In this document: positions 58,122 to 64,000 of the stretch, piece by piece | Layout of the letters: each line of letters opens with the position of its first letter | Position numbering within the stretch: position 1 is the stretch's first letter | Source: Bugula neritina | Lineage: Eukaryota > Animalia > Bryozoa | Direction of reading: 5' to 3' | Assembly: GCA_964035545.1 (NCBI GenBank) | Contig: OZ037768.1 | Span: 11,068,741-11,132,740, forward strand | Length of the DNA stretch: 64,000 nt | The notes under the pieces: model-generated | The model's input: only the letters and a program-made list of their open reading frames with translations | What the model was told of the DNA's origin: nothing | Database searches by the model: none | Made by a program: the position numbers and the translations under genes

Positions 58122-58947
58122 CAAATACTACATGACTCTATCATCCTTTCCATTATTGACATCTAAAATAGTATTAATGTGATAATATTATGCCATCAAA
58201 ACATACTGTTGTGTATAACTTGGCTTTGTGAATACTTGTAAATACTACTCTCTGTTACAGTGTATATATCTATTTTATATTTGCCTTATTTGTACACTTA
58301 TATAAATAAAACCATACAGCATATACTACTGGCTTATACATTTCTATTCATTATTGCCTACTAATTTATTAATATCCTGTCAACAAAAGTTCAAGTTCAG
58401 TTTTAATGGGTTAAAGAATTTGAATTTATTAAGATTTAATTCTAAATAGTTATCAATATGTTACAATATACAGCGACCAATGACATTTACTGTACATAGT
58501 AGGCATTTGTGACTTTACAAAAACAGCTACAATATTAATGGGACAATGACATATTAAATATTCGTATTGTTCATAATAATAAATAAATTGCATTGTGTTG
58601 GAATGTCTACACTGTACGGAATATTAGAGAAGCTTAAGGCATGGTAACTTGAGGGTTGGACTATTTTTCTGATAAGTTGGAAAGTAATGAAGGCGTGTTG
58701 AAAGAAATAACCCTGGAGACTCCTTTATCCTCTTTTAAAGCCAAGTTAGTTGGCCTGCGTCTGTCTTGGCAACATTCAGGTTCAAGATAATTTTAATAGA
58801 ATTTTGTTGAACTACGGATGAATATGATTTCTGAAACATTGTACTTCCTAGTGTTTATAACAATAAAGCTAGACTATTGTTATGATTTTATTTGTGTTAT
58901 CTTGTAACAATTGCACAATTATGTAAGCTTATTAATAAATGCAGATA

Positions 58948-59143
58948 GGGAGCAGGCGCGGTCTAGGGGTTAGAGCATTTGCCTAGTAAACACGAAATCA
59001 GGGGTTCGAGTTGATGTTAGGATGAGCGTCCAGTCATAATTGCTCCTGTGCCCCATCTGAATAAGTCCTTAGCCCGATTCAACAACAACCCTTTTCATCA
59101 GGGGTTTCTCACAGGGATGGCAACTATAAACTTGTGTGAGTTT
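58948..59143 (+). mobile_element. tRNA-derived SINE copy with a 19-bp TSD
   Basis: A box ggtctaggggttag, B box ggttcgag; TSD ttattaata(a/t)atgcagata at 58929-58947 and 59144-59162. Confidence 0.9.
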
Positions 59144-60679
59144 TTATTAATATATGCAGATAAATATTGGAGACATTTAGAATGATTAGTACAGTACAGT
59201 AACGTAACAACAGTTATAATTGAATTTCCTACTGTCTGTAAGGATTATCAACATAATTTTTAGTAAACCTAAATCTTTCAAGTGAATTAATCTATTTTTA
59301 CTGACTGAAATCCTATTTTCACACCTTGTTGAATAGCGAGTACAGGATTATCTCAGTTCTAATATATAATTTTAACAGAACAAATTGAGTTAAATTCTCA
59401 GTGCAACTCTCTAAGTAAAGGCTTAAGCTAATTAGCTGCACCTTATAAACTAAAGATTTCCTCGCCACAATTGCCAATTAGTTGTATCATAAGCTGCACA
59501 TCAGAAATTTGTGAAAATTAGTATCTTGATTTCACAATATTTTGATCCCCATAAATTGTTCTAAACTTATTTCTGCACAGTGCAGAAAGAGCCTTTTCAT
59601 AATTGAGATTCAAATTTCAAGTATAATATATACAATGAGTGTATATTTCATTGTATATAACTTATTAAATATGGTATTAGATAACACACTGTGGCATAGG
59701 CCAAAAATAATGTATTTCCACTTTTATACAGAATAGTTCATAATGTATTGTGTGTATATATGAATGCAATACAGTAAATTATTAATTTTGGTTTTGGTAG
59801 GTTTTTCTAAAGCTGCGCCCCAACCTCTAGCACACTATTCTCCATTTTGGCCACTTCGCTATTGATATTCCATTTCTATGACCAGTTCCCACCTCTGTAA
59901 CAGGTACCCACTTCTGTTATTCATGCTTGCACTGAGTCAGCTAAGTGTTATGGAAAATGCTTTTTTCTATAATTGAAAACTAGAAAACACAAAGATAATA
60001 ATTAAAAACTTTACTTTCTCTTATGCAGTAACCTATGGTACTCAAGTTGTAAAAGTTTGGAAAATTTATGTCTCCCCTTGATCTTTCCCTCTTGACTTGA
60101 TCTCCAAACTTTTCTCTCTAAAAAGGTGCCTCTAGTCCAAAGAAACTAACTTATTTTTTATAAACACAGGCAACAATGTTGTAAGCCACAAATCTATATT
60201 ATTTGAAATAAATTTCCCTCCTTCAATAGTATTCGCTGTTTATAGATACTGGCTATATTATCGAGGCTCTCGGCTTGGTTATTTAAGCTCCAAGTTATGA
60301 AAGCTATAGTAGTGGATTGCTGCCTGCATTGTTCTAGTCACTAATGGGTAGACATTTGACAAAGCTGACCCAGACTGAAAAAGAGTCATGAGACTGCAGC
60401 TGTTCTAATTTGTTACAAAATAGACAAGCTTTTAATTGTTGCACTTGTAAATAGAATGTAATGGGAAATTCTGTCTAATTACAGTGATTTCAAAGTGATT
60501 AGAATAATTGTAAAATTTAATGAGTAATTGTTTTAAATTAATACCTGCCAACACCCGATATTCATTAGTGAGCATCTGCACTTAAACTATTTGGAGAACT
60601 ACCAAATAAAGGCCTTTCCCAGCTCTCCCATTCAATCAATCAAATAGCTTGATACTTGCTGTTGACTAATCTGAATGCT

Positions 60680-60877
60680 CATTGGTTGAAACTATTCCTT
60701 ACACATGTAGAAGTTCATCCCCAACTAATGGACAGACACCTGCTACTTGGTACCTATATAAATGCTAACCCTGAACACAGTTTGCATTTTCCCTGAAGAC
60801 TGCAGCTAAGCAGATACGTAATGTTTGTTACACACATATAACTTGACATGTACACTTGGTGATGCCGCATATGAAAG
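60680..60877 (+). promoter_or_regulatory. Inferred promoter and non-coding first exon of the downstream GPCR
   Basis: ATTGG at ~60681, TATATAAA at ~60755, donor AAG|GTAAG at 60877/60878, acceptor ctgtag ending at 61647, 18 nt before the ATG. Confidence 0.6.
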
Positions 60878-61114
60878 GTAAGATTCTATTTATTTGGTTT
60901 AATAATCCATATGCTTTTTAAATGTGCTTTTTGGAATTTGAATTGAATTTCGCTAGCAGTATGAATAGAGAGGTAGTTTTATATTTTCAGGACTAATACA
61001 TTAGGGATAGTGGTGGCAATTATTTTATGTAGTCTTGTTAGAGCATTGGTATAACTTTGCAATGACTGTAGAACTAGTACTATTTAAATATTTTATTTTG
61101 AAATAAATCAACAT

Positions 61115-61400
61115 ACACACCACACACCACACCCAACACCACACGCACACAGTCACACACACAGTCACACACACACAGTCACACACACACAGTCACACAC
61201 ACACAGTCACACACACACACACACACAGTCACACACACAGTCACACACACACAGTCACACACACACACAGTCACACACACACGCACAACACCACACGCAC
61301 ACAGTCACACACACACAGTCACACACACACAGTCACACACACACACACAGTCACACACACAGTCACACACACAGTCACACACACAGTCACACACACACAG

Positions 61401-61460
<60 letters not shown>

Positions 61461-61541
61461 CTGCACACTGCACACTGCACACTGCACACTGCACACTGCA
61501 CACTGCACACTGCACACGCACACACACACACACACACACCA
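61115..61541 (+). repeat. Compound CA microsatellite: (CA)nGT units, pure (CA)n, then (CACACTG)n
   Basis: Directly visible. Confidence 0.97.
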
Positions 61542-61665
61542 CTATATAATGTACTGTTAAAAGCTATAGCAGCAAATGAGCTCATGTTTGTATGATTGTA
61601 CATCGTCCACTATTCCATCTTTACTTGGATTATAATATGTCTGTAGGCTTATAAAGCAGTTCAAG

Positions 61666-62967
61666 ATGGATATACACTCTAATTTCACTCAGCCTACATT
61701 CTTGGGAAACATTTCCAGAAACTTCACAACAACTGGAAATACACAGTTTCCAAAACTCATGATGCCTCAAACGGAAGCATGCACCAAAACAGATACAGAG
61801 TTTATATGTGGTTTCATTGAAGGATCGTTGCAAGATTTTCAAGATACGAATGGAATTGATTTCACAAATCTGTACGAGTCTGGATGGATATGGGCCAGTC
61901 TTGCCGTGTACATGCCTCTTTGCATATTTGGTATTCTAGGCAACATTCTAACAATTGTAATGTTTTCCAAGTATATAAAGAAGACAACTACTTCAGTATT
62001 TATCCTTGCTTTAGCAGCTGTTGATTTGTCTGTATGCAGCATATCAATGCCAATTTGGCTGTTCACAACTTTCACTGAAGATCACGGCTCAGAGCTGCTG
62101 TGCAAAGCTGACAAATTTATAAACTTTTTCTCAATTCCGATGTCAGCCGGCATTCTTCTAACCATAGCAATTGACAGATTCTTATTAGTATTCTTTGTGA
62201 AAGTGAAAATCATAACAAGATATAAGGCTAAGTTGATAATATTCTTTCTAGCGCTAGGGTGCATTGCTATTGCTATTCCACAGACTCTCTCCTTTACCAC
62301 GTTGTACAAACTTGATGAAGAGCTGGTAGCAGCCATATGCCAGGGCACTATAACATGCAACACACTGAAATGTCAGCACACCAGCGAGTACGTGTCCCGG
62401 GATGTCTGGTTTTACATGTGGAGAAGTCTGATTATAGCCTTCCTCGTCATGTCGGTTATCTTCACGAGTGTTTACACGTCAATATTTGCCAAAGTCTATA
62501 GAATTCACCGTAAAATGAGTCGCTACACAAACTCCGTCCACGAAAAGAGACGGGAGATACCGATGCAGACGGATCATGTGACATTCTCGAGCTCAGAACC
62601 TTCCTCCGATAGCAAATCGATATCCAACCGAAACTCCGTCTTAGGAACCAACAACAATCGTCCTAAGAAACAAAACCTGCCTCATTTGCAGACTGCTCGC
62701 ATACTGTTCTTGGTGACATTCTGCTTCATTGTAGCCTATGCTCCACTTGTTTTGATGATGTTTCTGGGAAGTTGTGAGAGCAAAGAAGAAGAAGATCTTG
62801 AAACTCCGTGTCGCAGAAATGACTACCGAAGATTTCTGTGGCATTTTTATTTTCTGCACCACATAGTAAATCCAATAATTTATTCATTTATGAACCCAAG
62901 ATTCAGAGATGCTCTGCGTAAGTGCATGAGTTCCAATGTCTGCTGTAAAGATGGCGGAGGCAGTTGA
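61666..62967 (+). CDS. Class A GPCR, single coding exon, 433 aa, peptide-receptor-like orphan
   Basis: GILGN (TM1), LAAVDL (TM2), C..K, AIDRF (TM3), CFIVAYAP (TM6), NPIIYSFMNPRFR (TM7/H8); N-glycosylation sequons in the N-terminus. Confidence 0.93.
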   Translation: MDIHSNFTQPTFLGNISRNFTTTGNTQFPKLMMPQTEACTKTDTEFICGFIEGSLQDFQDTNGIDFTNLYESGWIWASLAVYMPLCIFGILGNILTIVMFSKYIKKTTTSVFILALAAVDLSVCSISMPIWLFTTFTEDHGSELLCKADKFINFFSIPMSAGILLTIAIDRFLLVFFVKVKIITRYKAKLIIFFLALGCIAIAIPQTLSFTTLYKLDEELVAAICQGTITCNTLKCQHTSEYVSRDVWFYMWRSLIIAFLVMSVIFTSVYTSIFAKVYRIHRKMSRYTNSVHEKRREIPMQTDHVTFSSSEPSSDSKSISNRNSVLGTNNNRPKKQNLPHLQTARILFLVTFCFIVAYAPLVLMMFLGSCESKEEEDLETPCRRNDYRRFLWHFYFLHHIVNPIIYSFMNPRFRDALRKCMSSNVCCKDGGGS

Positions 62968-64000
62968 CAGATGGCGGGTACTGGAGAGAACCACAGTGGC
63001 AGCAAGACAACATCAACATCCATGCAGATTACCAACACCCCGGTGTGAAGTATTTCATTATAAACTATATACATGCCAATACGTCATGCCCATGTACTTA
63101 TTGTGTTCTTTCCAGTACCTGCATATGTTTCTTTATCTTTTCTTTTTATTTAACAACTTAACACATTAAACAAAATTGACGAGAATGTTGCAATACACAT
63201 CGAAGTAATTATGCATTTCTATTAGAATAAACCAGAGTTAGGCTTATATTAAGTTACATTAGTACAAGTGCTTGGTGCTATAATCCTATTGTAATCACGT
63301 TTAGGTTATATTAGCTTATTTGAAGTAGAATATGTAATATGTAATGTTATATATTATCCATTATATATATTATATATATAGCAATAAGAACTGTTTAGTG
63401 TTCAGTTTTTATTTCACACATCAATATTTCAATATAATTGTCATAAACTTATTTATTATTATGAGCAGAAACTGTAGTGGGAAAATAAAACTTTATTTAA
63501 CAACTCGGAATCTAATTTTGATTTTCTAACATCTTTTGTTGTAAAAACATGCTAATACATATATTTGCAGAATTTTGCTATTAGTCATTCTAACTCATAT
63601 ATATAATATAATTGACTTAATAAGTTTTATAACGGCTAAATTAAAACCTCTTCTGTAAGAGTTTAGATCAGTGCTAAAAAATTTGGTAGAAAGTTTCTAC
63701 TTTATGCTAAAAGTCTGTTTCTGCCTGAAGTAGGGCTTGGTGTCTCTCACCCTACATGTCTAAATCAGATATGTGATGACATGTTTACAGGCTAGTTTAA
63801 AGGAGTTGGTGATAATAATAATGTTATACACTCTTACAGTAAACATGAATAAACTAAAAAATGCATTTTCAACCTTTTTAACTGAAAATCTGTTCAAAAT
63901 TTATACAAACTTGGCAAAATGCAGCTAGCAGAAACAACATAATAACATTATAAATGTGGTTAGCATGCATATAAATCATGATAAATATTACGGTTTGTTT

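Noticed and set aside
58680-58760. Possible LINE 3' remnant (TPLSSFKAKL)
   Set aside because: Too short, with no upstream RT motifs; cannot be supported.
59895-59945. Possible Nin-domain SINE fragment (caggtacccactt...actgagtcagct)
   Set aside because: Only a short degenerate match, with no head or TSD.
61319-61603. Cys/Val-rich ORF on the minus strand
   Set aside because: Translation of the TG microsatellite.

Overview
AT-rich, intron-rich eukaryotic genomic DNA from an invertebrate animal (a lophotrochozoan is plausible; the species cannot be fixed from sequence alone). Eight protein-coding genes were reconstructed by hand from splice sites and reading frames: PDCL3 (+, first coding exon not found), a Tlx homeobox gene (-), a motif-degenerate class A GPCR (-), LRP2BP (-, with a GC-AG intron), the mitochondrial phosphate carrier SLC25A3 (-), an unrecognised ~1,200-aa single-pass protein with coiled-coil/2xTSP1/EGF/TM/long tail architecture (+, 21 exons), MCRS1 (+) and a second class A GPCR (+). 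Mobile DNA: five copies of a tRNA-headed SINE (three with clear TSDs), two hAT MITEs with perfect 8-bp TSDs, a TTAA-type MITE and a small 150-bp MITE family. The most unusual signals are (1) periodic 3/6-nt low-complexity tracts sharing an exact 17-mer, found only around the inferred start sites of SLC25A3 and MCRS1, (2) unrelated minisatellites that repeatedly abut splice junctions, one being a tandem array of about 30 acceptor-like units, and (3) the orphan receptor-like gene. All exon coordinates are manual and lack transcript support.
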